DNA of 64,000 bases from assembly GCA_052426225.1 (NCBI GenBank), contig JBNJNM010000006.1, positions 1,426,001 through 1,490,000 on the forward strand. Reading direction: 5' to 3'. The position numbers and the translations under genes are program-made. Numbering within the stretch: the first letter of the stretch is position 1; every line of letters begins with the position of its first letter. Source of the stretch: Zancudomyces culisetae HAW-14-8 (Eukaryota; Fungi; Kickxellomycota). Below are positions 11,353 through 22,486 of the stretch, piece after piece. The notes under the pieces were generated by a model that worked only from the letters and a program-made list of their open reading frames with translations, searched no databases and was not told the origin of the DNA.

Positions 11353-12140
11353 TAAAAACAGAGATTATTATGTTTTCTGTGATCTCTTTCTGGTTCGGTT
11401 AGTCTACGGGTGCCCATTACATCTACATCCATTCTGGTAATCTCCGAAGATGTATAATGCATGGGAGGAATCCAGGGTTTAACCTTGTTCCTTTCTGCTC
11501 TTCTCTGAAAGATTCTGTTATCAATTCTGATACAGAGAGAAGTGAACTCTTCAAACGTAGTGGGTACGTGATCCAGAGTTGAGAGAGCGTCTTTGATTTC
11601 GTCATTTAGTCCTTCGTAGAAGGCCTTGACGAGCGCGGGTTCGTTATACTCTGTCTCAAGCGCTACACTTTTGAAATGTGTAGTGTAAGCGAGACAGCGC
11701 GAACGACCCTGCTGCAGGTTTTTTAATTTATTTTGCGCAACCCATACAGAATTGGGTTCGCCATAAGTTCTTTCTAACAAATTGATAAAGTCTCTATACT
11801 GAAAGAGAATGGTATGACGTGCTTCCTGCAACGTTCTAAACCATGTTTGTGCCCCGTCGGTGAGGAGCGTCCCGATGTACAGGACCTTAACGTGATCCGT
11901 TGGGAAACGGCTTGGCTGTAACTTGAATACTGTTTTAACTGTGGAGAGAAAGTTTTTTATATTGTCCTTTCTTCCTCCACCAAACTTTTCTGGCGTCGGT
12001 ACCTTTGGCTCTGGAATGAAGGCCCTTTGGAAGCTTGCCGACTGGCGAAGCGTGTCTACTTCATCGGACAGTCTTGATATCTGACCCATTAAGGTTTGAA
12101 TAACCTCATTCGGGTTTGGCACTTGCTCTTGATCAGACAT
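11148..12140 (-). CDS. Element E Gag
   Basis: PEKFGG, LQQG..YTTHF, FYEGL, MDVD, CFYCGGSNHTVQNC knuckle. Confidence 0.95.
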   Translation of the reverse strand: MSDQEQVPNPNEVIQTLMGQISRLSDEVDTLRQSASFQRAFIPEPKVPTPEKFGGGRKDNIKNFLSTVKTVFKLQPSRFPTDHVKVLYIGTLLTDGAQTWFRTLQEARHTILFQYRDFINLLERTYGEPNSVWVAQNKLKNLQQGRSRCLAYTTHFKSVALETEYNEPALVKAFYEGLNDEIKDALSTLDHVPTTFEEFTSLCIRIDNRIFQRRAERNKVKPWIPPMHYTSSEITRMDVDVMGTRRLTEPERDHRKHNNLCFYCGGSNHTVQNCHRKKKHQESFMNPNSVNLKKTRSPSRDSGKSIISKIKNQTIIQAKNQRTPQKSEGI

Positions 12141-13166
12141 GGTGTACTAGATGGTGGCAATACTTAAGGGAGGCGGTGTACGCTGAAACAGGACTCTTTG
12201 ACGGATACTGGATTATACAGCGGAATACAGAAAGACAGCTATGTGAAAGCTTGATTTTACTGGTGAAGTCTGGCCTGGATCTTTGGAGACGGCAGAGAGA
12301 AAAATATTATGTTATAATCAATGAGCTGCTTATAACTATGCTGTGATTAATATTCAGTATTATTATTTATTAGGAAGAAGTAGTTATTTAGAAAAATATA
12401 TTATTAGATGAGTTAATGATATATTTTTCTCTGATGTATCCCAAGGGAATTTCGAAGGGTTTATATATTTTTTCATCAGAGAAATTTGCTATGAAAAAAC
12501 TTAGTGATAATAATTTTTTAGTTTTAAAATTTTACTATGTAAAAATGAACTAATTTAAAGTAACTATCAAAATTGAGTTTATCAAACTTCTTGTTTGATT
12601 TATTCATGAGATTACTTTATCGATTTTAACATGTATTTTGTTTATCGATTTTAACATGTATTTTGTTTATCGAATTTTATCATGGTTTTTGGTTATCCAA
12701 TTTTAACATGTATTATGTTTATCGAATTTTATCATGGTTTTTGGTTATCCAATTTTATCATGGTTTTTGGTTATCTATTTTGCCTACTATATTGTATATC
12801 GATTTTGCCTATGATTTTGTATATCGATTTTGCCTACGATATTGTATATCGATTTTGCCTATGATTTTGTATATCGATTTTAACATGAATTTTATAAATT
12901 TAATTATTGAAAATTTTCTTTAATTTTCTTTGTCAATTTTCCCAATAATAAATACTGTGATTTCATGGTGAATTTTGCATACATGATTCCAATGTCGGAA
13001 TGGCTTATTTGAATGTCGTAAGTGTAATAATAAAATAGTTTAATTTTTTATAGAACAAAAATGTAAACTAAAATTTATGTTCCGGGAATTTGCCATTCCT
13101 AACATTTTAGGATCGATTCCAACAAAGATCCATTTTTTGGAATATATTGCCATTCCTAACAATATA

Positions 13167-14521
13167 CCAGAGCAGATTGAAGAAGTGTTATACATTTCTG
13201 TTAAAGGATATGAGGAGTTGAAAAACAAGATAAAATATAATATAGCTATAAATGACACAACAAAAGGCGACAAACTGATATCAAAGTTAGCCTTACAAGG
13301 AGATACCATTATACATAACGACAAAGTAAAGAGGAAATACTTACACCCAAATGAGTTGCTCGAAACAATATATAGAATCCACTACGAACAACACCGAAAC
13401 GCAGTTGCAACGTACCGATACCTGAGCGAACACTATTACGCTCCTAATAGTTACCCAATGGTGAAACTAATCTGTGAACGCTGCGAAGTGTGCCAACGAA
13501 CTAATTATAGCCAACGAAAAGCTGAAAGACTACACCCAATTATTCCAAATGAACCGTTTAAGGTATGGGGGCTGGATGTAGCAGGTCCTATGAATCCCAT
13601 AACAAAACCTGAAGGAAATAAATACATAATTGTAGCAGTGGATTATTTCACAAAGTGGCCCGTAGCACTAGCAGTAAAAGCAATAAACGCCGAAGTAATA
13701 TGTACCTTCATAACGGAGATGATCATAGCGAACTTTGGAGTACCGAAAATATTAATCACAGATCGAGGAACACACTTAAGCAACGAGGCTTGTGCAAGAT
13801 TCAATGAGTTTTTGGGGATCGAACAAAAACCGGTGACGGCGTATAGGCCATCATCAAACGGACAAGTTGAACGGTCTATTCAAACTTTAAAACAATTACT
13901 AATCAAACAGACAATTAGCAGACCGGAGAACTGGGACGCATACATATGGCGCACACTGCTAACAATGAGGACAACAATTCACAAAAGTCTTGGAAGATCG
14001 CCAGCAGAGGTAGTATATGGTTTAAAACTGCTTACTCCGGAAATATGGAGTAGTGAAATACCAAAGTACCTTGAAAAGGAAGTTGCGCTTCGTACTAGAC
14101 TAGAGTTTCTGGAGAAGAAATACCAACATACAGACAGTTGTCGATTGAGTTAGCCAAAAAACAAAAAGCATATGAAGAGAATAGGTACAACAAAGGGGTA
14201 CGACCAAGGGTATTCGAAATAGGGGAACAAGTACTTAAAGCCACGGCAACCCGTAATCCTTTTACAATGCACAGGAACGTCGGACCATTCGAAGTAATTA
14301 AAAACCTAGGTAACGGGATATATGAAATAATAGACAGAGCGGGTAACGTTGATAAAGTACATGTGGACAGATTGAGAAAATATTACCCCGAATACGAAAT
14401 CATACCAGACCTATACACAGGCAGTGCTCGAACAACTGGCGCAATATCCATGAAACAGCCTACAGAAGATAAGATGATCGAGGACGATCAAGAATTAAGT
14501 GGGGAAATGTCGCATGAGTGA
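13167..14521 (+). pseudogene. Element A integrase (3' part of Gag-Pol) with a 1-nt frameshift near 14115-14120
   Basis: HHCC, WGLDVAGP, TDRG, NGQVER; C-terminus (GPF module) continues in the other frame (ORF 14138-14521); colinear with C. Confidence 0.9.
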
Positions 14522-15004
14522 GCAATTGTACACTTAAGTACAATTGTAGTACAAATTGAAGTACACTCATCGCAGAATGAAAATTAAATTTTTGTATCTG
14601 CATGAAATTCAATTTGGAAAATGAGCGACACAGTATGAAATTAATTCTACATGCTGAGTCGACTCAATAATGATAGAATTTAGTATGAAAAATGTCTTCA
14701 TACTAAATCCTAAATTAAATCATAATTATTAGGTGTTCCCAACACCTAATTCAACATTCACTACATAAGTAAAATATGTAGAGGAAGTCAGTATCAAGTC
14801 ATAATAGTTCTTATAGTATATAAGTAATAGTATTTTAAACGTTTTGAAGATAGTAGCAGTTTAATAGAAATTTATATTTAAGGAACAAGAAGAGGGAAAT
14901 GGAAAAACTTCATCCATGTTCTACTCTACGGATTAAATAGTATATTTATTTAAACACAATAAAACAAACTTCAGAATATTATTTATAATAACCAATAACC
15001 AAAA

Positions 15005-15370
15005 ATGAACTATTTCTTTTATAGTAAAAGCGAATCCAAGAGGGATTCAGAAACTAGCTCCAGTCTGAGTACGGCTAGTAGCATGGACCAAGAGACCGGG
15101 GTTCTAAGCCCTCGGACTCTTGGGGAGTTGACAGAAAGTGTCCGTCAACTCCAAATCCGTAGGAGCCCAGAACCAATGTCCGTGAGCAGCATCTCACCGA
15201 CATTGTACAGGGGAAATAGCTCACCCGAGCACCCCTATATGCACATCACACTACGGGGTAGTGGTGCATCCTCATCAAGTGGTCATACCCGAACTGGTAT
15301 GACACGTGATGAACATAATAATCATGATTTCCCATATTATGATTATTACGACAACAGAGATGTCGTATAA
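15005..15370 (+). CDS. 3'-LTR copy of the LTR-encoded Gag N-terminal ORF of A
   Basis: Identical to the first 116 aa of ORF 3404; expression unknown. Confidence 0.4.
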   Translation: MNYFFYSKSESKRDSETSSSLSTASSMDQETGVLSPRTLGELTESVRQLQIRRSPEPMSVSSISPTLYRGNSSPEHPYMHITLRGSGASSSSGHTRTGMTRDEHNNHDFPYYDYYDNRDVV

Positions 15371-18300
15371 TAATACGATGGGAACTAAAATTGATTGAGA
15401 TTTATCATCTCAATTTTTATCTATCTAGTTATTGATTTTTATAGGTTATCTTTATTTTTAGATTGGACCTTTTTCCCCTTGTGGTTTTTGTCCAACGATT
15501 ATTAGTTAGTTAGTTTAAGTTATAGTTTCATAGTTTTATATCAGAAATCGGGGGTAAAAGGAATCCCCCACTTAATTCAAAATAAATTTTATCTTTCAAC
15601 AAAATAATATTGTGTCTAGCTACATTATATACTATAAGTACAACATTATAAATAAATATACAATATAGTAGTATTTTTAAATACATTAATAATCATAATA
15701 AGAATAAACAATAGGGAAAGCTGTTTATTCGACAGTGGCGCTCCCAGCTAGGCCATAGCTAGAAAAACTAAATAAAAACTATATAAAGAACTTGAGTACA
15801 TTGTGAGAATGAACACCATACACTTATTTGAGTCAGCTTCTGGTGAGGATCCTGAGGAATGGATCGCAGACTTTTGTCTAGTAGCTAAATTAAATAAGTG
15901 GGATAAAGATGATTGGATAGACTTTATTCAATTGTATTTAGGCAAAATTGAGAAGTTATGGTATAAGAAGCATAAGACGGCATTTAAGGATTGGGCCGAC
16001 TTCAAAACGCAGTTCACTACACAGTACCAAGTTAAGGAACAGAGATTTCAGTATTATGAAAAGCTCAAAAATATTGACCAAAATTCCTTTGAAACAGTTG
16101 AGGAATTTGAGTACAACTTGGAAAATATATTGGATAAAGCGGGGATAAACGAGGACGTAGCCAAGATAGACTGGTTACTGAGCGCACTTAATACAGATTC
16201 AAGAAGTATAGTCAAAGAATTCAGACTTAAAACCTGGAAGAGTATTATAGAGAAGTTAAAGAAAGTTCAAGAAGAGGCTGTCCACAAGCAAGTACAAGTG
16301 GATAATACAAGTAAAGTTCAAAAACCCAGCATAACCACAAAAGGGAAATCCATAAAGCAGTTGACCAATGAAAATGTAGGGTATGAACAGATGGTCAAAA
16401 AGATGGATGAGTGGAGTCTGAACATTATTTCAAAAGTTGATGAGACTATTGAAAAAAGATTAAAAAATACAAATGTCTTTCCTTACAAACGGGAAAACCC
16501 CAGAGTTGTCAAATGTTATTATTGTCATCAGTTAGGTCACCGAAAGTATGAATGCAATAAACTCAAAGAACAGCAGGCTCAGGAACAAAGTAAAATAGAT
16601 AAGGACGTAAGTTTTTTAGAAGTTTGCAGCTCACAACAAAATGACAATGAAGTACTAGCAGTACAAAGAACACCCCGCACACAGGATACCAAAAAGCCGT
16701 ACAACAAGACTAAGCCGTTACAGCTGAGACAAAAAGGGTACACACCCATAACAGAATATGACAGGGCTATAGAGAGACAAGATATAGTTATGGAAACAGG
16801 TGAACCCGAAGTAGTTTCAAGAATAGGAAACACAACAGCTGGCCTTGACTCGCGTAGAAGAGAGACATCAAAAACTGGAGAAAAGTTAGAAGATAGTGTT
16901 AAGCAAGTAGAGAAACCTAGGGCAAAGGGTGTACTAGGAATGGCAGAAGGAATACCGCCCTTTTCGTTAAAAGAACAGTTATCAAGTTGGTGTCCCAACA
17001 TATCTTTTCCACAGTTGATGGATGTTTCACCTAGTTTAAATAACGAGATGATAAGTTTGTGTAGACGTAGTAAAAAAGCTGAATTAAATGAAATAAGATT
17101 TGACATACCTAGAGTTACAAATTGCAAGATTAGAATATCAATTTTTGAATCAAACTTTTGGGCAGTAGTAGATACAGGTGCAGCGTGCTCAGTAGCTGCA
17201 CCGGGATTATTAGAACAGTGGGGGCTCATAGCGGAAGATGAAGGTGATCGGATTATAATTACGGCCGATGGAAATAAGCACTATTCGTTAGGTAGAATAA
17301 TGGATGTCCCATTAATGATAGGCAGGTACAAGTTCACAGTCAATCTGACAGTAATGGATAGAAACGACAACACGCTCATTTTAGGTACAGACTGGTTGTT
17401 AGAACACAAGGCCCAATTAAATCTGAAGACATCGGAAATGAAACTGCCAGTTGAACAGTTTGAGTTGATAGTACCTTTACATACTTCAGCTCCCTCGTTG
17501 CCCTCTAGCAAAAATACATCCGAGCTTTATTATGTTCTTAAAGAAGAAGTAGCAGAAATAAATGGGCTGCAGCGCTACAATGATATGCGGTTTGACAAAA
17601 TTAAACAAGATAATAGTGATATCTTTGCCGATGACATTGAGCAATTGACACAGACTGAGGAAGCTGAACATAGAATATTGTTGAATGACGAAACCCCAGT
17701 AAAGCTTAAACCATACAGAATTCCGCACCATTTGTATAGCAAGGTACGCGACGAACTCAAGAAAATGGAAGAGAAAGGAATAATTTCCCAGTGTGTGTCT
17801 GAATGGTGTGCACCAGTTGTTACCATTTGGAAAAAAAATGGCAAACTGCGTGTGTGCACTGATTATAGGAGGCTGAATTTACAAACAAAGAAGGATTCCT
17901 ATCCGCTGCCGACGATGGAGGATATTTTCATGGCATTGTCTGGTTCATCAGTGTTTTCAACTCTAGACGCTCTTAGCGGATTTTGGCAAATCCGCATGGC
18001 CAAAGAGGATAGATTGAAAACAGCGTTCTCTATTCCGGGTACCGGGACGTACTGCTATAATGTCATGCCATTCGGTTTGACAAACAGTCCCGCGTCTTTT
18101 CAACGTATGATGGAGAAGGTTCTATCTCCTGTGCTTTGGAAGTTTGCTGTAGTCTTTGTGGATGATATTATCATCTACTCAGAAAATATTGAAAGTCATT
18201 TATTGCATCTCCAGGAAATATTTGATTTATTGCGAAAAAGTAAAGTACAATTACATACTGACAAGTGTTTCATTGGAATGAAGGAGTTGGAATACTTGGG

Positions 18301-20672
18301 ACATGTCGTGTCGCCACAAGGTCTAAGGACAAGTAAGGCTAAGGTGGAATCAATTGAAAAAGCAAAATTACCTACCACAGTAAAGGAGTTACAGTCCTTT
18401 TTAGGGCTAATTGGTTTTTATAGAAAATACGTAAATGGGTTTTCTAAAATTGTTGCGCCATTGTTAAAACTGTTAAAAAAAGGAACAGAATGGAAATGGA
18501 CACCTGAATGCGGACAAGCAGTTACAAAAATCAAACATGAATTAACGAATGCACCAACCTTGGCACATCCTGACTGGAGCCGAGAATTTATAGTAACTAC
18601 TGATGCATCAGTTACAGGCATTGGAGGTATATTGTCACAGAGTTACGATGAAGGAGAAAGACCAATTTGTTATGTGAGCCGAATCACAAACCAACATGAA
18701 AGAAATTATTCTATTTCTCATTTGGAAGGTCTTGCAGTTGTCTGGAGTATCAAGAAGTTAAAGTATTATTTATGGGGTAAGCACTTTACCGTGCGTACTG
18801 ACCATAAGTCATTAATTCAACTTTTCAATTCAACAGAAATTACAGGTAGAGTAGCCCGTTGGGCTATGATACTTCGTAACTACGATTATACTATTGTCCA
18901 TTGCGAAGGAAAAAGCAACCCCGCAGACGCCTTATCACGTTTAGGACCAGAGATTAGCAAATCAAATAGAGATAAGATTGATATATTTACTTTGGATTTT
19001 TTATACTATCAAGCTATTATTAACTATCTGAATGACTATAGTTACCCACGAAATGCAGATGAAGGGTTTAGAAACAAGTTAAGAAATAGAGCTAAAAAAT
19101 ACAGAGTGAAGGATGGAAAGCTAGTAAGGATTATCAAAGGGAATATAAAAGAGGTGCTACATGAAAAAAATATAAGGGAAACTATAGAAGCAATTCATGA
19201 AGAGAATCACGATGGCATACAGAACACTTGGAGGAGAACCAAGGAAAAATATACAAGTGAAGGTCTTTTTGACATGGCGAGAACAGTAGTAGGACAATGT
19301 CATACTTGTCAAGTCTATAAAGGAGGAAGGGAAAAAAGGAATCCCCTTCACCCTATTCAGGCAAATAGGCCATTCCAGATTTTTGGTCTAGACGCAGTTG
19401 GTCCCATAAGACCAATTTCAAAGAAGGGAAATAGATTTATTTTAACTGGCATAGATTATATGACAAAGTGGCCAGTAGCGCAGGCAGTAGAGAACATTCA
19501 GTCAACGACCATAATCAACTTTATCATAACACACATTGTGCAACATTTTGGAGTTCCAGATCAGATAATTACCGATCGAGGAGCAGGTTTTGTAAGTGAG
19601 TTTACTTCTAAAGTATATGAATATCTTAATATAAAGCATACACCTACGACCTCGTACCGTCCACAGAGCAATGGACAGGTCGAGCGTCTTAATCAAACAC
19701 TTAAAAACGTATTGGTAAAGCAATGTCATCGAGATAAAGGCAACTGGGATCTGCATCTCTGGAAAACGTTATTAGCTGTAAGAACAATGCGAAATCGGAC
19801 GACGTCATATTCACCAGCAGAATTATTGTATGGGGTCAGATTACTCACTCCTACGATTTGGAATCCTCCTGCTGAACCTAGTGATATTGAGTTAGCAATT
19901 AAAGAAAGAATTGAATTCATCAAAACGGACATACCAGAAATGAGATCAGCAGGTTATGCAAATAGTATTGCCTCAAAAGAAAAAGAGAAGAAGACATATG
20001 ATAAAGGAGTTAGAGAAATGTATTTCAAGGAGGGAGATATCGTGTTAAAGCTTACTGAGCAACCGCAACCAAAGTTAGAGCAGATATGGGAAGGCCCATA
20101 TCATGTACAAAGGAGACTAAGATTAGGTGCTTACGATATTGCGGACAGCGAAGGAAATCGTGATATCGTAAACGGAGATATGTTAAAGCTCTATAGTCAG
20201 AAACAATACATGCTTCCTGAAGTAAGTAACACTCTGAGATCCAAGTTACAACGCTTTAGAGACACTAGGCCTGCCAGTCCAATCTGGAGGAGGGGTTCTG
20301 TCGTATAATAATACGATGGGAACTAAAATTGATTGAGATTTATCATCTCAATTTTTATCTATCTAGTTATTGATTTTTATAGGTTATCTTTATTTTTAGA
20401 TTGGACCTTTTTCCCCTTGTGGTTTTTGTCCAACGATTATTAGTTAGTTAGTTTAAGTTATAGTTTCATAGTTTTATATCAGAAATCGGGGGTAAAAGGA
20501 ATCCCCCACTTCATTCAAAATAAATTTTATCTTTCAACAAAATAATATTGTGTCTAGCTACATTATATACTATAAGTACAACATTATAAATAAATATACA
20601 ATATAGTAGTAGTTTTAAATACATTAATAATCATAATAAGAATAAACAATAGAGAAAGCTGTTTATTCGACA
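15361..20672 (+). mobile_element. Ty3/gypsy element B, 374-bp LTRs 15361-15734 and 20299-20672, TSD GAGA, 6 bp upstream of tRNA-Ile
   Basis: LTR pair with 3 differences seen; PBS TGGCGCTCCCAGCTAGG at 15736; GAGA at 15357-60 and 20673-76. Confidence 0.97.
15809..20308 (+). CDS. Element B single-ORF Gag-Pol (no chromodomain), stop codon inside 3' LTR
   Basis: CYYCHQLGHRKYEC, VDTGA, FVDD, TDAS, TDRG, GPY. Confidence 0.95.
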   Translation: MNTIHLFESASGEDPEEWIADFCLVAKLNKWDKDDWIDFIQLYLGKIEKLWYKKHKTAFKDWADFKTQFTTQYQVKEQRFQYYEKLKNIDQNSFETVEEFEYNLENILDKAGINEDVAKIDWLLSALNTDSRSIVKEFRLKTWKSIIEKLKKVQEEAVHKQVQVDNTSKVQKPSITTKGKSIKQLTNENVGYEQMVKKMDEWSLNIISKVDETIEKRLKNTNVFPYKRENPRVVKCYYCHQLGHRKYECNKLKEQQAQEQSKIDKDVSFLEVCSSQQNDNEVLAVQRTPRTQDTKKPYNKTKPLQLRQKGYTPITEYDRAIERQDIVMETGEPEVVSRIGNTTAGLDSRRRETSKTGEKLEDSVKQVEKPRAKGVLGMAEGIPPFSLKEQLSSWCPNISFPQLMDVSPSLNNEMISLCRRSKKAELNEIRFDIPRVTNCKIRISIFESNFWAVVDTGAACSVAAPGLLEQWGLIAEDEGDRIIITADGNKHYSLGRIMDVPLMIGRYKFTVNLTVMDRNDNTLILGTDWLLEHKAQLNLKTSEMKLPVEQFELIVPLHTSAPSLPSSKNTSELYYVLKEEVAEINGLQRYNDMRFDKIKQDNSDIFADDIEQLTQTEEAEHRILLNDETPVKLKPYRIPHHLYSKVRDELKKMEEKGIISQCVSEWCAPVVTIWKKNGKLRVCTDYRRLNLQTKKDSYPLPTMEDIFMALSGSSVFSTLDALSGFWQIRMAKEDRLKTAFSIPGTGTYCYNVMPFGLTNSPASFQRMMEKVLSPVLWKFAVVFVDDIIIYSENIESHLLHLQEIFDLLRKSKVQLHTDKCFIGMKELEYLGHVVSPQGLRTSKAKVESIEKAKLPTTVKELQSFLGLIGFYRKYVNGFSKIVAPLLKLLKKGTEWKWTPECGQAVTKIKHELTNAPTLAHPDWSREFIVTTDASVTGIGGILSQSYDEGERPICYVSRITNQHERNYSISHLEGLAVVWSIKKLKYYLWGKHFTVRTDHKSLIQLFNSTEITGRVARWAMILRNYDYTIVHCEGKSNPADALSRLGPEISKSNRDKIDIFTLDFLYYQAIINYLNDYSYPRNADEGFRNKLRNRAKKYRVKDGKLVRIIKGNIKEVLHEKNIRETIEAIHEENHDGIQNTWRRTKEKYTSEGLFDMARTVVGQCHTCQVYKGGREKRNPLHPIQANRPFQIFGLDAVGPIRPISKKGNRFILTGIDYMTKWPVAQAVENIQSTTIINFIITHIVQHFGVPDQIITDRGAGFVSEFTSKVYEYLNIKHTPTTSYRPQSNGQVERLNQTLKNVLVKQCHRDKGNWDLHLWKTLLAVRTMRNRTTSYSPAELLYGVRLLTPTIWNPPAEPSDIELAIKERIEFIKTDIPEMRSAGYANSIASKEKEKKTYDKGVREMYFKEGDIVLKLTEQPQPKLEQIWEGPYHVQRRLRLGAYDIADSEGNRDIVNGDMLKLYSQKQYMLPEVSNTLRSKLQRFRDTRPASPIWRRGSVV

Positions 20673-20678
20673 GAGACA

Positions 20679-20752
20679 GCTCTGTTAGCTCAGCTGGTTA
20701 GAGCGTGGTGCTAATAACGCCAAGGTCACAGGTTCGATCCCTGTACAGAGCA
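20679..20752 (+). tRNA. tRNA-Ile(AAT)
   Basis: Acceptor GCTCTGT/ACAGAGC-A; anticodon loop CT-AAT-AA; GGTTCGATCC; T6 terminator 20784-89. Confidence 0.96.
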
Positions 20753-20818
20753 AGCTAAATATATAGCTAATATACTAATTTAATTTTTTGATAGAGTGAG
20801 TTTTAGATGTTTGTAGTA

Positions 20819-21240
20819 TAACGGCTACATACTTTTTGCTAGCGAATCAATTGCGATTCCTTAGCATAATATAACTACCAATTAACTCGTAGTTATTTTA
20901 TACCTAAATATTTATAATAGTAAAGCTGAATATCTGAACGATCAGTGAATAAAAGCGAAGTGGACAACGAAAATAGCATCTGAAGCCTTGCTTAACAGAA
21001 TATACTTTACATATACGTTTTTTACATACTTAGTAATTGAAATTAACACTACATTGAGATAGTTTACTTAGTGTTTTATTATTATTACAACAATAATAAA
21101 AGTTATTAAAAACATTCATATTACGGCAAACAGAACTAGTTAGGTGATCCGAGACCTGAGTATAACTGACACAATCAGTGCTATACCAAACTCAGCCATC
21201 ACATTAGCTGAAAAATATATCAGATAACTTAATACATCTA
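20819..21240 (+). repeat. Unclassified ~400-bp TAACGG repeat, copy 1
   Basis: Aligns by eye with 25476-25850 and 43883-44295 (ATCAATTGCGATTCCTTAG, TACTTTACATATACGT, GTGATCCGAGACCTGAGTA). Confidence 0.85.
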
Positions 21241-21284
21241 CTATATATTACTTGTTATATTCAATAAATGCGAACTTATCAAAC

Positions 21285-21511
21285 TGTCGTGTAGTGTTTA
21301 TGATTAAAGACTTTTCTTTATTTTCGATTCAAGTACAACACGGGACGTGTCAATTTCAATAATTTATATATTTAAATTAAAATTTTTTCAGTGTAAAGAG
21401 CAATTTATTAATTAATTCCATTCAAACATATCATTCAATTTCTGTAAAGTAATTAAATATAACTAACCAATAAAATTGAGCCAACACTTCAGTATAGTTT
21501 ACGATACGACA
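21285..21511. mobile_element. Short solo LTR
   Basis: TGTCGTGTAGTG...TACGACA; same start as 55362; flanks AAAC/AACT imperfect. Confidence 0.55.
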
Positions 21512-22486
21512 AACTAATAATATTTGTTATTTTTTAGATCATCAGATTACCTACATATTATTAAATTTAAAGTAGATATCAATAGTAATGATAAATTTTA
21601 AAGAGAATCGATGGATGGTAATGTCATGATCTATTCATGAAATTAATGATATATATATTATCAAATTTAAATAGCATAAAGTTTATTAATTTACATTTTC
21701 ACCACTTTAATTCTTAATCCATAAATTATTAATTTTGGATTAAAAATTAATATTTTCCACTTTGAGTGTTACCCTGTCAAGAAATAAATTATTTAGGTGG
21801 GAAACATAATGTTTCCAATTGGGGATTCAAAGGTAATTAAATATGATTTAAAATTTATATTAAAACTTAAGAGTAAATAATGCGATTCGGATATACCAAA
21901 ATAGCAATCTATAATTTCAACTGTGGAGTTGATAATATTTACAAATTTAGTATTAGTATAGTTATTTTTAACTATATTCTTTAATAAAGATATACAAGCT
22001 TATTCTGCTATTAAAGCTATATGAGTACAAGAATTTTATTGCTTTAGGAAACTTTAGCAATAAAATACTTTTCAACTCATAGTAATATATTAAATATATC
22101 GTAGTCATAGTTAATACATATAGTACTTAGTGTCAAGTTCTGACATTTTTTTATTGCTCTTACACTAACTACTAGATGTCTAAAATTACCGTAATTGTTA
22201 GCCGAATATCAAAAACTTAAAGATGAAAACGAGAGATTGAAATCTCAACAATCTGCTCCACCAGATCCGCCAGCAGAACAAGAAAATTCCGCCCAGACCG
22301 CACCAGTACCTTCACCAGTTCACCAGCCGCTGCCCGCATAGCCTTGCCAGAAAGTTATGACGAAGATCTGTTAAAACTAGATTTTTTATTTATTAGATTT
22401 TGAATTAAGAAAAATATAAACTTTATTATATTTAAAGAGAATTTTTTCATTGCCGATTATCACAACGAATTCGTTGGGTTTAATTA

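Larger units (their letters stand above)
6914..13161 (-). mobile_element. Chromovirus (Tf1/sushi-like Ty3/gypsy) element E, 852-bp LTRs 6914-7765 and 12310-13161, 5-bp TSD ATATA
   Basis: Apparently identical LTRs TGTTA..TAACA; ATATA at 6909-6913 and 13162-13166; PPT GATGGGGGTGA; removing E restores FPWEDIPEQIEEV in A. Confidence 0.97.
2907..15353 (+). mobile_element. Ty3/gypsy LTR retrotransposon A (846-bp LTRs 2907-3752 and 14508-15353), interrupted by element E
   Basis: Near-identical LTRs TGTCGCA...CGACA (1 difference seen); PBS TGGCGTCAGCGACAGGAT at 3753; PPT before 14508; gag-PR-RT-RH-IN order. Confidence 0.97.

Noticed and set aside
16579-19932. Antisense ORFs inside gag-pol genes (also in A, C, D and DIRS)
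   Set aside because: Shadow ORFs not conserved between related elements B and D, or A and C
22140-22480. Pro-rich Gag-like remnant left of Tc1
   Set aside because: Frameshifted and without definable termini; too degraded to call
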